Shown here piece after piece: positions 1 to 9,519 of a DNA stretch of 64,000 nucleotides (position 1 is the stretch's first letter; every line of letters starts with the position of its first letter). A program made the position numbers and the translations under genes. This DNA comes from an uncultured bacterium (GTDB lineage: Bacteria > Planctomycetota > UBA1135 > GCA-002686595): NCBI GenBank assembly GCA_943787795.1, contig CALSNU010000002.1, positions 32,001 to 96,000 of the forward strand, in the 5' to 3' direction. The notes under the pieces were generated by a model. That model ran no database searches. It had not been told where the DNA came from and worked only from the letters and a program-made list of their open reading frames with translations.

Positions 1-305
1 ACCTCGATGGTGTCGGTGCCGTATTCGAGTTCGTACGACTCCGTGGCCGTCTTGGAAGGGAGCTTGCCCGGCTTGCGGATGGGGATGAAGCCCTTCCCCA
101 GGGCGTGAGCCAGAGCCGTCCCGAAGATGAAGCCCCTGGACTCGATGCCGCAGATCACGTCGTAGGACGAGGGGTCCACGAGGCTCGCGAGCCCGTCGAT
201 CGAGGCCTTCAGACCCTCCGCGCTCTGGAGGAGCGGGGTGATGTCCTTGAAGAGGATGCCTGGCTTGGGGAAGTCAGGGACGTCGCGGATGAACTGTTCG
301 ATCAC
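1..305 (-). CDS. apt: Adenine phosphoribosyltransferase (runs off the left edge of the window)
   Basis: Manual translation from GTG 305: MIEQFIRDVPDFPKPGILFKDITPLL...GIESRGFIFG...PIRKPGKLP...YELEYGTDTIE, the classic APRT motifs. Not in the ORF track. Confidence 0.95.
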   Translation of the reverse strand, partial: MIEQFIRDVPDFPKPGILFKDITPLLQSAEGLKASIDGLASLVDPSSYDVICGIESRGFIFGTALAHALGKGFIPIRKPGKLPSKTATESYELEYGTDTIE

Positions 306-563
306 GGTGAAGCTCCGCGGCGCGGTCCCCGAAGGAGACGGCGGCGCGTAGACGTCTTCGGCGGACCGGGGGATCGACTTGAACCACGACCTCTACATTT
401 CCACGCGTCGGCTCAAGTTGCGGGAATCCGGGGGCGCCTCCACCGGAAGATGTCGCGCAAACCGACAGTTCCGCACCCACAGAGAGCCCCGTTGCAAGCT
501 CCTAGGGTCGGCCATGGAACGGGTCCCGCGACCCGAACGGCTCAAGAGGAAGGCCGACGCCGG

Positions 564-1958
564 CTAGCGGTCTCGGAGCTGGCGGCGCAGCTTCGCCCGC
601 TCGAGGCGGGTGTCCCTGCCGTTGATGCTCGCCAGCTCGAAGAGCTTCAGCGCACGCCCTGGATCCGCGTCCACGCCCCGCCCCTCCAGCACGAGCTCCC
701 CCAGCCGAAAGAGCACGTCCCCGTCCTCCTCCTCGGCGATGCAGGACTCCAGCACCCGGACGGCCTCCGCCTCGTCGCGCTCGATATCCGGCGCGCCCTC
801 GAGGTATCGATCACAGAGCCAGAGGGCGGCGTGGGCGTTCCCACGGCCCGCGGAGCTCCTCACCAGGGTCAGCCCGCGCTCCACGTCGCGCTCAACCCCT
901 TCGCCCTCCATGGTGGCGAAGCCGACGTTCGCGACGGCGTACGGGTCGCCGAACTCCATGGCCTGGCGGTAGTACTCCATGGCGCGCGCCCGGTCCTCAT
1001 CCACGAACTTGCCGTACCAGTACAGCACGCCCAGGTACGTGATAGCCGACGCGTGGCCGCGCTCGGCGGCCTTGCGCATCCACTTCAGCCCCGCCTCCTG
1101 GTCCTGCTCCAGGCCAGGCCCGTCGAGGAGCCTGTCGGCGAGGTCGTGGGCCACCTCGCTGTTGGTCTCGGCGAGCTGCTCGAGGAGCTGCAGGCCCGCC
1201 TCCGCGTCGGGCTCGCAGCCGGTGCCGTCCACCATCGCGAAGGCCAGCCAGATCTCTGACCCCGTGTGGCCGAGGGAGGCGGCTCGCTCACGGAACTCGT
1301 AGGCACGGACCTCGTCCTCGCGGACGCCCTCGCCGTTCTGATAGCAGATGGCGAGGTTGGCGATGGCGGTGGGGTCCTCGTCGGCGGCCGCGGCGCGGTA
1401 CCAGCGCAGCATCTCCGAGAGGTCCTGGGGGACGCCCTCACCGAAGCGGTGACGGTAGCCGAGGGTGACCATGGCCGAGGTGTCGCCCCCGTCGGCCGCG
1501 AGCCGCAGCCAGCGCAGCGCGGCCTCGTCGTCGGCGAGCTCCTCCTCGAAGAGCTCCCCGAGGAGCCCGGCGCACGCCGCGTCCTCATGGCTCTCCCAAC
1601 CCTCCTCGAGGATCTGGACCGCGCGAGCCACGTCACGGACCTGGCTGTCGGCAGCGCTCAGGAGCTGGCCGAGGTCGAGGTGCACGTCGTCACTGCCCGC
1701 ATCGAAAGCACGTTCGTACCAGCGCAGCGCCGCGTCCTCATCAATGTCGACCCCGAGGCCGCCGTGGTAGCAGCGGCCCAGCGCCGCCATGGCCTCCACG
1801 TGCCCCTCGCCCGCCGCTCGCTCAAGCCAGCGGAAGGCGGTGGAGGCGCTCTCAGGAACACCGAGCCCATCGGAGTACCTGAGCGCCAGATCGAACTGGG
1901 CGTCCAGGTCCCCCTTGCGGGCCCTTGTACGGAGGATCTCGACTTCGAGGTCAGCCAT
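564..1958 (-). CDS. Sel1-like repeat (SLR) protein
   Basis: About 11 repeats of A(Q/M)xxLGxxYxxGxGVxxDxxxAxxWYxxAAxxG; very acidic; no signal peptide. Start 1958 (alternative 1976). Confidence 0.92.
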   Translation of the reverse strand: MADLEVEILRTRARKGDLDAQFDLALRYSDGLGVPESASTAFRWLERAAGEGHVEAMAALGRCYHGGLGVDIDEDAALRWYERAFDAGSDDVHLDLGQLLSAADSQVRDVARAVQILEEGWESHEDAACAGLLGELFEEELADDEAALRWLRLAADGGDTSAMVTLGYRHRFGEGVPQDLSEMLRWYRAAAADEDPTAIANLAICYQNGEGVREDEVRAYEFRERAASLGHTGSEIWLAFAMVDGTGCEPDAEAGLQLLEQLAETNSEVAHDLADRLLDGPGLEQDQEAGLKWMRKAAERGHASAITYLGVLYWYGKFVDEDRARAMEYYRQAMEFGDPYAVANVGFATMEGEGVERDVERGLTLVRSSAGRGNAHAALWLCDRYLEGAPDIERDEAEAVRVLESCIAEEEDGDVLFRLGELVLEGRGVDADPGRALKLFELASINGRDTRLERAKLRRQLRDR

Positions 1959-2105
1959 GCCATCGCGGCCCGTCATTCGTCCCGGAGCCCGTCGGGGGCT
2001 TCAGGGGCGGGGGCCGCTGGCCGATATCGTAGGGACCTGGGGCCACGGATGTGGTGGATCCGGCGGTCTTGCTCCCGCCGGGGCCTCGGGGCACGCCGCA
2101 GACCC

Positions 2106-2387
2106 ATGCCGACGCCCAGCTCACCCGATGACCGATCAGGCCCCCGCAGACCGCCGTCTGCCGGGCTCCAGCCGTGCCAGGGCTGCGTGCACCTGTATTC
2201 CACCTGGCGCCCGGAGCGCCCCCGGGGCTGCCGCGCCTATGGGTTCGAGTCGGCCGCTTGGCCCGCCGCCGTGGTCGAGCAATCCTCGGGACACGGCTGC
2301 ACGCTCTTCGAGTCGCGCAACGGAGGCCGGGAGCCGTCCTCCGAGCGGCGCCACCGGGGCACCCATGAGGGCGGCCTCTACGGATGA
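2106..2387 (+). CDS. Small 4-Cys putative metal-binding protein (93 aa)
   Basis: CQGCVHLYSTW...RGCRAYGFES...VVEQSSGHGCTLF fits a small-protein pattern CxxCxH(Y/F)xxTW...GCxA(Y/F)GFxS...SSGxxC. Nested at the end of shadow ORF 1266..2387. Confidence 0.7.
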   Translation: MPTPSSPDDRSGPRRPPSAGLQPCQGCVHLYSTWRPERPRGCRAYGFESAAWPAAVVEQSSGHGCTLFESRNGGREPSSERRHRGTHEGGLYG

Positions 2388-2443
2388 CCACCATCGGCCC
2401 TCGGCGTTAGATCCAAGGGCTCCCGAGCACTAGTCTCTTCGCC

Positions 2444-3445
2444 ATGGACAACGACACCCTGACCGCGGGCCACAACCTCACGTCGCTGCAGACGTTCCTG
2501 ATCTCGGAGCGCTCGAAGTACCCCCACGCCACGGGCCGGTACACCATGGTCCTCTCGGCGCTCTCGCTCGCGGGCAAGTTCATCGCTGCGCGCTGCCGCC
2601 GGGCCCGCCTCGAGGACGTCCTCGGCAGCATGGGCGCGGACAACATCCAGGGTGAGGCCCAGCAGAAGCTCGACGTGATCGCCAACGAGGCGCTCATTCG
2701 CTCCCTCGGATCTCGGCCAGGCGTCGCCGTCGTCGCCTCCGAGGAGGACGAGAACCCCATCATCCTCAGCAACGACACCTCGGGCGAGCGGCCCTACGTC
2801 GTGCTCTTCGACCCCCTCGACGGCTCGAGCAACCTGGACGTCTGCGGCAGCGTCGGGACGATCTTCAGCATCCTGCTCCACGACCGCCGCGCCGCAGAGG
2901 TCGAGGAGAGCGCCCTCCAGCCCGGCCTCCGCCAGGTCGGCGCCGGCTACGTCCTCTACGGCCCGTCCACCGTGCTCGTCCTCAGCACGGGCACGGGCGT
3001 GCAGATGTTCGTCCTCGACCCGGCCATCGGCTCGTTCCTGCTCGTCGACGACGACGTACGCATCCCGGAGGCGGGCAAGTCGTACTCCATGAACACGGCC
3101 AACCTGGCCTCATGCCCGGAGGGCTATCAGCGCTACGTGGAATGGGCCAACGGCGACGGCTACTCCATGCGCTACGCCGGCGCCATGGTGGCCGACGTGC
3201 ACCGCATCCTCATGAAGGGCGGCGTCTTCCTCTACCCGCCCACCGCCAGCTCCCCAAGCGGCAAGCTGCGCCTCATGTACGAGTGCAACCCCATGGCCAT
3301 GCTCATCGAGCAGGCCGGCGGCAAGTCCTACTCGGGCACCCAGCGCACCATGGAGATCCAGCCCGACGCCCTGCATCAGCGGGTCCCCGTCGTGCTCGGC
3401 AGCCCGGACGAGGTCGACCACGTCCTGCGGCACATCTCCAGCTGA
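2444..3445 (+). CDS. fbp: Fructose-1,6-bisphosphatase class 1
   Basis: QQKLDV, SEE, FDPLDGSSN, RYAGAMVADVHRIL, GKLRLMYECNP motifs. Confidence 0.97.
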   Translation: MDNDTLTAGHNLTSLQTFLISERSKYPHATGRYTMVLSALSLAGKFIAARCRRARLEDVLGSMGADNIQGEAQQKLDVIANEALIRSLGSRPGVAVVASEEDENPIILSNDTSGERPYVVLFDPLDGSSNLDVCGSVGTIFSILLHDRRAAEVEESALQPGLRQVGAGYVLYGPSTVLVLSTGTGVQMFVLDPAIGSFLLVDDDVRIPEAGKSYSMNTANLASCPEGYQRYVEWANGDGYSMRYAGAMVADVHRILMKGGVFLYPPTASSPSGKLRLMYECNPMAMLIEQAGGKSYSGTQRTMEIQPDALHQRVPVVLGSPDEVDHVLRHISS

Positions 3446-3484
3446 CGGCGACTCGCCCACCCCAAAGGGAGCGCCAGCTCGAGG

Positions 3485-4735
3485 TCAGGGGAACGTCGGC
3501 ATCAGCGCAAGCAGACGGTCCTTGATCCCGGTCGTCGTGGGACCCGGCTGGCTCGCGAGGAGGTCGACGAGCTCGAAGGGATCGGAGGCCAGGTCATAGA
3601 GCTCGAATTGCTGCGATCCCATCCGGTGGATGAGCTTCCAGCGTTGCGTCCGGAGAGCTCGAACATTCGGTCCGGGGAGACCGGGGAAGGGAAACTTGTG
3701 CACGAAGAGGGCCTCGCGCTCGCCGCTCTGCTGTGGGTCGGCGAGCTGGGCTGCGAAGCTGACCGAGTCCTCGGCGCCCTGGCCAGGCGGACCGAGCCCG
3801 CTCAGCTCGCGAACCGTGGCGAAGAGGTCCGTCACGTGGACGAGCTCGGCGCACTCTGCTCCTCGGGCCACCCCGGGCCCGGCCACGATCAGCGGGACCC
3901 TCACGCCCCCCTCGTACACGCTCCCCTTGGCCTGATTGAACTGAAACGGGGGCAGCACAGCCTCCCCTGGAGAGCCGTTGTCCCCCATCACGAAGACGTA
4001 GGTCCGCTCGAGGTCGACGAATTCCAAGAGCCGGCCGACGACGGTGTCGATGGACTCGCTCATGGCCCCGTGCTGACCCCAGGTCGTCAACGGGTGCCCC
4101 CGCGTATGAAGGGACTGCGGCGGCACGTGGTAGGGCGAGTGCGCCATCTTCGGGCAGTAGTACACGAAGAATGGTTCGGGAACGCGGCGGAGGGTCTCCA
4201 CCGCCTGGCCCGCCAGCTCTGTGGGGAAGTAGCCGGTCTGTGGAACGAGGGTCCCGTTGATGTTCCAGTTCCAGCACCGATAGTCGTTCGGTCCGAGGTA
4301 GCCCGAGACCGCGTCGAAGCCGCTGTCGAGTGGATGGGTGTCCGGGTCACCGAGATCCCGCAGATGCCACTTCCCCAGGGCCACGCTGGTGTAGCCAGGG
4401 AGCGCCTCGGGAAGCGTCGTCTCCGAGAGGGCCAGAGGCGAGTACACGCCGTCACCTTGGCGAATCACCGAGCCGATCCCCGTCCGGTCCGCATGCCGCC
4501 CGGTGAGCAGCGCCGCCCGCGTTGGGCTGCATGCGTGATATGCCCACGCGTTTCGGAAGAGCACCCCGCGCGCGGCCAGCGCGTCAAGGTTCGGCGTCGG
4601 CGGCGCGCTGGCGCCCTCCCCGTAGACCTGCACCTTGTCCCGCCCCACGTCGTCGAGGAGGACGATCAGGATGTTCGGAGGAGCAGGACCGCCGCCCTGC
4701 GCGAGGGCAGCGCAGAGGAGGGAAGAGAACCACAT
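3485..4735 (-). CDS. Exported sulfatase (formylglycine-dependent)
   Basis: PNILIVLLDD, CSPTRAALLTG, GKWHL, GDNG, K-G-SVYEGGVRVP, ELYDL. Start 4735 (alternative 4777). Confidence 0.93.
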   Translation of the reverse strand: MWFSSLLCAALAQGGGPAPPNILIVLLDDVGRDKVQVYGEGASAPPTPNLDALAARGVLFRNAWAYHACSPTRAALLTGRHADRTGIGSVIRQGDGVYSPLALSETTLPEALPGYTSVALGKWHLRDLGDPDTHPLDSGFDAVSGYLGPNDYRCWNWNINGTLVPQTGYFPTELAGQAVETLRRVPEPFFVYYCPKMAHSPYHVPPQSLHTRGHPLTTWGQHGAMSESIDTVVGRLLEFVDLERTYVFVMGDNGSPGEAVLPPFQFNQAKGSVYEGGVRVPLIVAGPGVARGAECAELVHVTDLFATVRELSGLGPPGQGAEDSVSFAAQLADPQQSGEREALFVHKFPFPGLPGPNVRALRTQRWKLIHRMGSQQFELYDLASDPFELVDLLASQPGPTTTGIKDRLLALMPTFP

Positions 4736-5199
4736 GGAAGGCGCTGGCAGGAGGCGGCGTACCGCACTCTTGAGCATACGGCACCCGCAAGAACCCGTCG
4801 GTGCCCCCCCGCGCCCGGCGACGAGAGGCCGGGTTTGGCCTGCCGGCGGGCACCATCCTCGAAGTGAGCTCCTCGAAGGGCCTGAGGCACACCCCGGTCG
4901 CTCGAGTCAATCTCGGGGCTTCTGAGCGGCTTCAGCAGGACCGTACAGGCGCCGGTCCGAACCCGCACGACCATGGGCTGCCGTACCGCACGCCGGCTCG
5001 GCCTCTCCGGCGGAAGCGTCCGCAACCGACGCCGCGAGCTTTGCGGTGGACGCCGAGCGATGGCTCAGCCTCGACGGCGGCTGGCGAGCCTCACTGGCCG
5101 GCGAGAGGCCCTGGCCGCTGGTGTCACCGAAGGTGCTCGACGGGTGGCAGCAGAGCGACGACTCGCTCCGCCGCCGGGAGGCCTCGCCGCGGAGCGGCC

Positions 5200-6852
5200 C
5201 TAGCGGCGTAGGTCTCGCAGCACGCGGAGCTCCGGGTCCACCTCGACCTCGGCCTCCCCCACCTCGACGGTCGCGCGGCCGTCCTCCATGGGCACGCGCC
5301 GCGCCTCGCCGTCGACCATGACCTCGACGGGCATGGGGAACGGCAGCCCGTCCGGCGCCTCCCAGCGCAGGCTGAGCGTCCCGCCGTCGTGCTCTACCGC
5401 CAGCACCGGCAGGGGGCCGCGCCGCAGGTAGACCTCGAAGAACCACCCGAGCTTGCGCCCGGAGACCTCCTCGGCGATGGCGAGCAGCTCGCCCGTGTCG
5501 CTGAAGCGGACCGCCGAGCCGTCGGTGGTCTTCTCGAGCTCGGGGTCAGGATAGGCCCAGCGCCGCAGCACCTTGAAGAAGGTCTCGTCTCCGAGGAGCC
5601 AGCGCAGGGAGTGACAGACCCAGGAGCCCTTGAAGTAGATGTCGCCGCCCGGGGCGTCGCTGCCGGTCTTGGAGAAGTAGATCGAGTCGCTGGTGCGCGG
5701 CGGCGCGGGCGCCACGGGCGCGTTGTTCATGACGCGCAGCAGGTCGATCTTCATCTTCTTCTGGTACGCCTTGCGGCCGAAGCGCTCCTCCAGGTACAGC
5801 GGCTGCATGTACGTGCCGATCCCCTCGTGGATCCAGAAGTCGGCCCAGTCCCGCGCGGTCACGAGGTTCGCCCACCACTCGTGCGCCAGCTCATGGTGGT
5901 GCAGCCAGTCGTAGTCGAAGTTCGGGTCGCCGCGGTACTTGTTGCCGTAGGCGATGATCGACTGGTGCTCCATCCCCAGGTGCGGGGTCTCCACGACCCC
6001 GTACTTGTCCCCGCGGAACGGGTACGGCCCGCACACGCGCTCGAAGAAGCGCAGGTGCTCGAGGATCTCTGCCATGAAGGCCTCGCCCTTCTCCTTGTTC
6101 TCCGGCAGGACCCAGAAGATCACGGGGAAGGTGTCCCCCGCCACGCTCTCCAGGGAGCTCACGAGCTCCAAGTAGGGCGCGGCGTTGAAGGCCACGGTGT
6201 AGTTGGCGATGGGCGTCGAGACCCGCCACTGCGAGGTCGTCTTGCCGTCGAGGGTCGAGCTCCCGATGCGCCGACCATTCGTCGCGACCACGAGCCCCTC
6301 GGGCACCGTGAAGGAGAGGTCCATGGACTCCGGCTTGTCCGAGGGGTGGTCCTTGCACGGCCACCACAGGTCCGCGCCCTCGCCCTGGCAGCTGGTGGCG
6401 ATCCACGGCTGACCGTTCGCCTCCGACCAGGTGAAGCCGCCCTCCCAGGGCGGACGCTCCGCCTCGTGTGGGACCCCGCCATACTCGACGACGATCTTGA
6501 ACTCCACCCCCTCCACGTCCGTGAACGCGGAGGACCCGATCCAGATCTCGCCCCCCGTGCGTTGGAAGGCGAGGGGGAGGAGCTCGCCCTTGCCCTCCAG
6601 GACTCGGCCTCCGAGGACGCGCGAGACCTGGAGGCTCGGGTCGAGCTGAAGCACGACCTCACGCGTCGCGTCCAGCAGCCGCGCCGTCATGCTCAGTGAC
6701 CCCTGGATCGACTTCGACTCGGGGACCACCTCCAGCTCCAACCCGTAGTGGAGCACGTCGAAGGCCGCCTGCTCCTCCATGAGCTCGCCGCCCGATGTGT
6801 TCGGAGGGGCTTGCTGAGGCGAGAGGGCGGCGGCGAGCAGCAGTGCGATCAT
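5200..6852 (-). CDS. M1-family zinc aminopeptidase, exported
   Basis: GMEH exopeptidase motif, HELAH...WIHEG (HEXXH-18-E), YFKG; signal peptide. Confidence 0.93.
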   Translation of the reverse strand: MIALLLAAALSPQQAPPNTSGGELMEEQAAFDVLHYGLELEVVPESKSIQGSLSMTARLLDATREVVLQLDPSLQVSRVLGGRVLEGKGELLPLAFQRTGGEIWIGSSAFTDVEGVEFKIVVEYGGVPHEAERPPWEGGFTWSEANGQPWIATSCQGEGADLWWPCKDHPSDKPESMDLSFTVPEGLVVATNGRRIGSSTLDGKTTSQWRVSTPIANYTVAFNAAPYLELVSSLESVAGDTFPVIFWVLPENKEKGEAFMAEILEHLRFFERVCGPYPFRGDKYGVVETPHLGMEHQSIIAYGNKYRGDPNFDYDWLHHHELAHEWWANLVTARDWADFWIHEGIGTYMQPLYLEERFGRKAYQKKMKIDLLRVMNNAPVAPAPPRTSDSIYFSKTGSDAPGGDIYFKGSWVCHSLRWLLGDETFFKVLRRWAYPDPELEKTTDGSAVRFSDTGELLAIAEEVSGRKLGWFFEVYLRRGPLPVLAVEHDGGTLSLRWEAPDGLPFPMPVEVMVDGEARRVPMEDGRATVEVGEAEVEVDPELRVLRDLRR

Positions 6853-7763
6853 GAGGTCATCCGGTGAGGGACCGCGTCGAGGCGGCCGGAGAGTCCGAAG
6901 GCGTCGAGCAGCGGACCGAGGATACCCGGGTCCGCGCCACGGTACGCCAGGTCATCCAGGCTCGCGTCCAGCGGCGCATCCACGGCGCAGGTCGCGAGGT
7001 CTCGGGACAGGAACGCGGCATCCTTGTGCTCCGCGAGCTTCTTGCCCAGGGTCTTGGCGCCACGAATGGAGAGCGTGGCCACGCGCTCGAGGTCCCCGTA
7101 GAGCTCCTCAAGGTCCGCGAACTCCTCGAGCAGCGCCACGGCGGTCTTGGGCCCCACGCCTCGCACCCCCGGGATGTTGTCGACGCTGTCTCCGGCGAGC
7201 CCCAGCAGGTCTCGGATCTGCTCCGGCCGGACGCCGAAGCGCTCGACCACCTCGGCGGGGCCGAGGCGCGTGCCGCGAGCGAAGTCCAGGAACCAGCTGC
7301 GCTCATCCACGAGCTGCGCGAGGTCCTTGTCTGCGGTGACGACGACGGTCTCCTCCACGTCCACCGCAAAGCGTGCCTTGGCCGTCGCGACCAGGTCATC
7401 GGCTTCATATCGATCGTCGATGCAGCAGAAGGCCCCCAGGGCCGCCGCCACCTCCTGGCACCGATCCAACTGCGCGACCAGGCCCTCGTCCGGGAGCTCG
7501 CGGTTCGCCTTGTACTCCGGGTAGACGTCGTTCCGAAAGCTGGTCGTCAGGCTGCCGTCGAAAGCCACGAGCAGCGCTTCGGGGCGCTCCTCGCGAATGA
7601 AGCGCGCCAGCATGTCGACAAAGCCGCGCACCGCGTTGATGGGCCGGCCCTCTGGATCCGTCAGCGACGACGGGAGCGAGAAGAAGGCTCTGAAGATGTA
7701 CGGGCTGGCGTCGACCAGGTGCAGGCGCCGCGGCGCTGCGCCTGAGTAGGCTTGATTCGGCAT
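6849..7763 (-). CDS. Stand-alone 5'-3' exonuclease / flap endonuclease (PolA N-terminal, Xni-like)
   Basis: LVDAS..FRAF, YKANR, YEADD, DKDL, GDSVDNIPGVRGVGPKTA (H3TH). No polymerase domain. Stop overlaps the M1 start (ATGA). Confidence 0.92.
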   Translation of the reverse strand: MPNQAYSGAAPRRLHLVDASPYIFRAFFSLPSSLTDPEGRPINAVRGFVDMLARFIREERPEALLVAFDGSLTTSFRNDVYPEYKANRELPDEGLVAQLDRCQEVAAALGAFCCIDDRYEADDLVATAKARFAVDVEETVVVTADKDLAQLVDERSWFLDFARGTRLGPAEVVERFGVRPEQIRDLLGLAGDSVDNIPGVRGVGPKTAVALLEEFADLEELYGDLERVATLSIRGAKTLGKKLAEHKDAAFLSRDLATCAVDAPLDASLDDLAYRGADPGILGPLLDAFGLSGRLDAVPHRMTS

Positions 7764-7844
7764 GACCCCTCGAGGGTAACAGTGCCGCTGGAGTTGCCCC
7801 ATGCGAGGCACATCGCGGGCCCCACCGCGGGCCCTGCTGGCGGC

Positions 7845-8207
7845 TCAGGCGCGCCGCGCCCGGGCCTCGGCCAGGTACCCGGAGAGCCGCTCCGCCGCTC
7901 CCGGGAGGTTCGGATCCAGGGCGATGGCCTCCTCGAGGTGCCGGATCGCCTCGACCGTGCGCCCTTGAGCCTCCAGCACCACCGCCAGGTGGTGATGCGC
8001 CTGGGGGAGCCGCGGCGCCAGCTCGAGGGTCGCCCTCAGCCGCGCCTCGGCCTGCGCGTAGTCCCCCCGAAGGTGAAGCTCCACCGCGCGGCGCAGGGGC
8101 CTCAGGAGGTCCCTTGCGGAGGGAGCCGAGGCGGAATCCAGTCGCGCCGCCCCGGAGGGGGCAGCGCGGGCAGACTGGTTGGCGTGTTGGTGGGGTCGCG
8201 GGCTCAT
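7845..8207 (-). CDS. Small tetratricopeptide repeat protein
   Basis: GDYAQAEARLRATLELAP..AHHHLAVVLEAQGRTVEAIRHLEEAIALDP, i.e. 2-3 TPRs. Confidence 0.75.
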   Translation of the reverse strand: MSPRPHQHANQSARAAPSGAARLDSASAPSARDLLRPLRRAVELHLRGDYAQAEARLRATLELAPRLPQAHHHLAVVLEAQGRTVEAIRHLEEAIALDPNLPGAAERLSGYLAEARARRA

Positions 8208-8358
8208 GGCGATGGGTCTGGCCGCGTTACCGCGCGAGATATCTCGCGGGACACTCGTACCGTCGACCAGATCACCCGGGAGCTTGAGGGTCTTGTGGAG
8301 AGCGTCGCCTGGCGCATCGGGGATGCCCCTGGCGAGCGGGCGATCGTCCGCCGATGGG

Positions 8359-8374
8359 CGGCAACAGGATTGCA
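8359..8374 (+). promoter_or_regulatory. Possible sigma-54 -24/-12 promoter
   Basis: CGGCAACAGGATTGCA has GG-N10-GC spacing with TTGCA and lies 67 bp upstream of the 8442 operon. Confidence 0.35.
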
Positions 8375-8441
8375 AAAACCCTCTATCCTTGGCGTCTCCA
8401 GCGGCCTCCTCCGGCCCGGTCTCCTCCTCCAAGTGCATTCG

Positions 8442-9515
8442 ATGACGCTGCTTAGACTTCTCCTTGCCGCAGGCGCGGCCACGACGGTTGCGGCCTTCGC
8501 CCAGCCCAACAGCGGTGACGCCTTCGCCGCGGACCCGCGCGCTGATCTCGCCCGCGAGGCCGCCTTGAACCTCGACTCCAAGGCGCTCTACATGGAGCAC
8601 TGCGCGAGCTGCCACGGCGAGTCCGGCGACGGCAAGGGCAACGAAGAGCTCGAGCGGCCCGCCCGGAGCTTCCTCCTCGGCGGCTACTCCTACGGCAACA
8701 CCCAAAAGGCCGTCCGGCGCTCGGTGATCCACGGGATCCCCGGCACGCCCATGCCCGCCTTCGGCGCCACCCTCGGGACCGATGAGATCAACGCGGTCGC
8801 GGACTATGTGATCAGCCTCGGTCCGCCGGGCACCATTGTTCAGCCCGGCGAGAGCGTCCTGGTCGTCGAGGATCGCCCCCTCGTGGTGAAGGGCATGATG
8901 CCCGCCTATGAGCAGGGCGCCTTCCGCGAGCCCCGGAGCCTCATCGTCGGGTTCCCCAACGGCACCACGTTCCAGTTCCGCGCCGAGGACAGCCGCCTAC
9001 TCACCGTGCGCCAGGGCGAGTTCCTCGATCGGCGTGATTGGGGCGGCCGCGGGGGCTCGGAACTGCAGCCCCTGGGCACCCTCACCTGGAAGGCCAGCCG
9101 CGAGTCCCGCGACTTCACGGAGTTCATGGACGCCGACTCCGGCCAGGGCCTCCGCCGCAAGGTGAAGCGCACCGAGATCAAGGGGGACGACGTGTGGATT
9201 CACTTCGACCTCCTCGACCAGGACGGCACCCGCGTCGGCGGGGGCCAGGAGTTCCTCTCCTTCCTGATGGTGGACGATGTCCCCGTTCCCATGCGCGCGA
9301 TCCTTGGCAGCGGAGAGGGACGCGGCATCGCGCTCCGCGAAGTCGCCGGAGAGAAGGCGGGCGCCAACGGCGCCATCAACGCGACCATCACCCCCGACGG
9401 CATGGTGGCGTGCGTCCTCGACGACGCACCCAACATGCGCATTTACCTGCACGCCCCCGCCTGGACCCCCTCGCTTAGCCTCGCCTTCAGCGCCTCGCTC
9501 GAGAAGAAGGACTGA
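8442..9515 (+). CDS. Exported c-type cytochrome with an additional C-terminal domain
   Basis: Signal peptide; CASCH heme motif; GIPGTPMPAF distal-Met region. Confidence 0.88.
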   Translation: MTLLRLLLAAGAATTVAAFAQPNSGDAFAADPRADLAREAALNLDSKALYMEHCASCHGESGDGKGNEELERPARSFLLGGYSYGNTQKAVRRSVIHGIPGTPMPAFGATLGTDEINAVADYVISLGPPGTIVQPGESVLVVEDRPLVVKGMMPAYEQGAFREPRSLIVGFPNGTTFQFRAEDSRLLTVRQGEFLDRRDWGGRGGSELQPLGTLTWKASRESRDFTEFMDADSGQGLRRKVKRTEIKGDDVWIHFDLLDQDGTRVGGGQEFLSFLMVDDVPVPMRAILGSGEGRGIALREVAGEKAGANGAINATITPDGMVACVLDDAPNMRIYLHAPAWTPSLSLAFSASLEKKD

Positions 9516-9519
9516 CCCG

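Noticed and set aside
4778..5199. 420-bp gap containing several short ORFs
   Set aside because: No ORF has recognisable motifs or typical codon usage, and I recognised no RNA structure.
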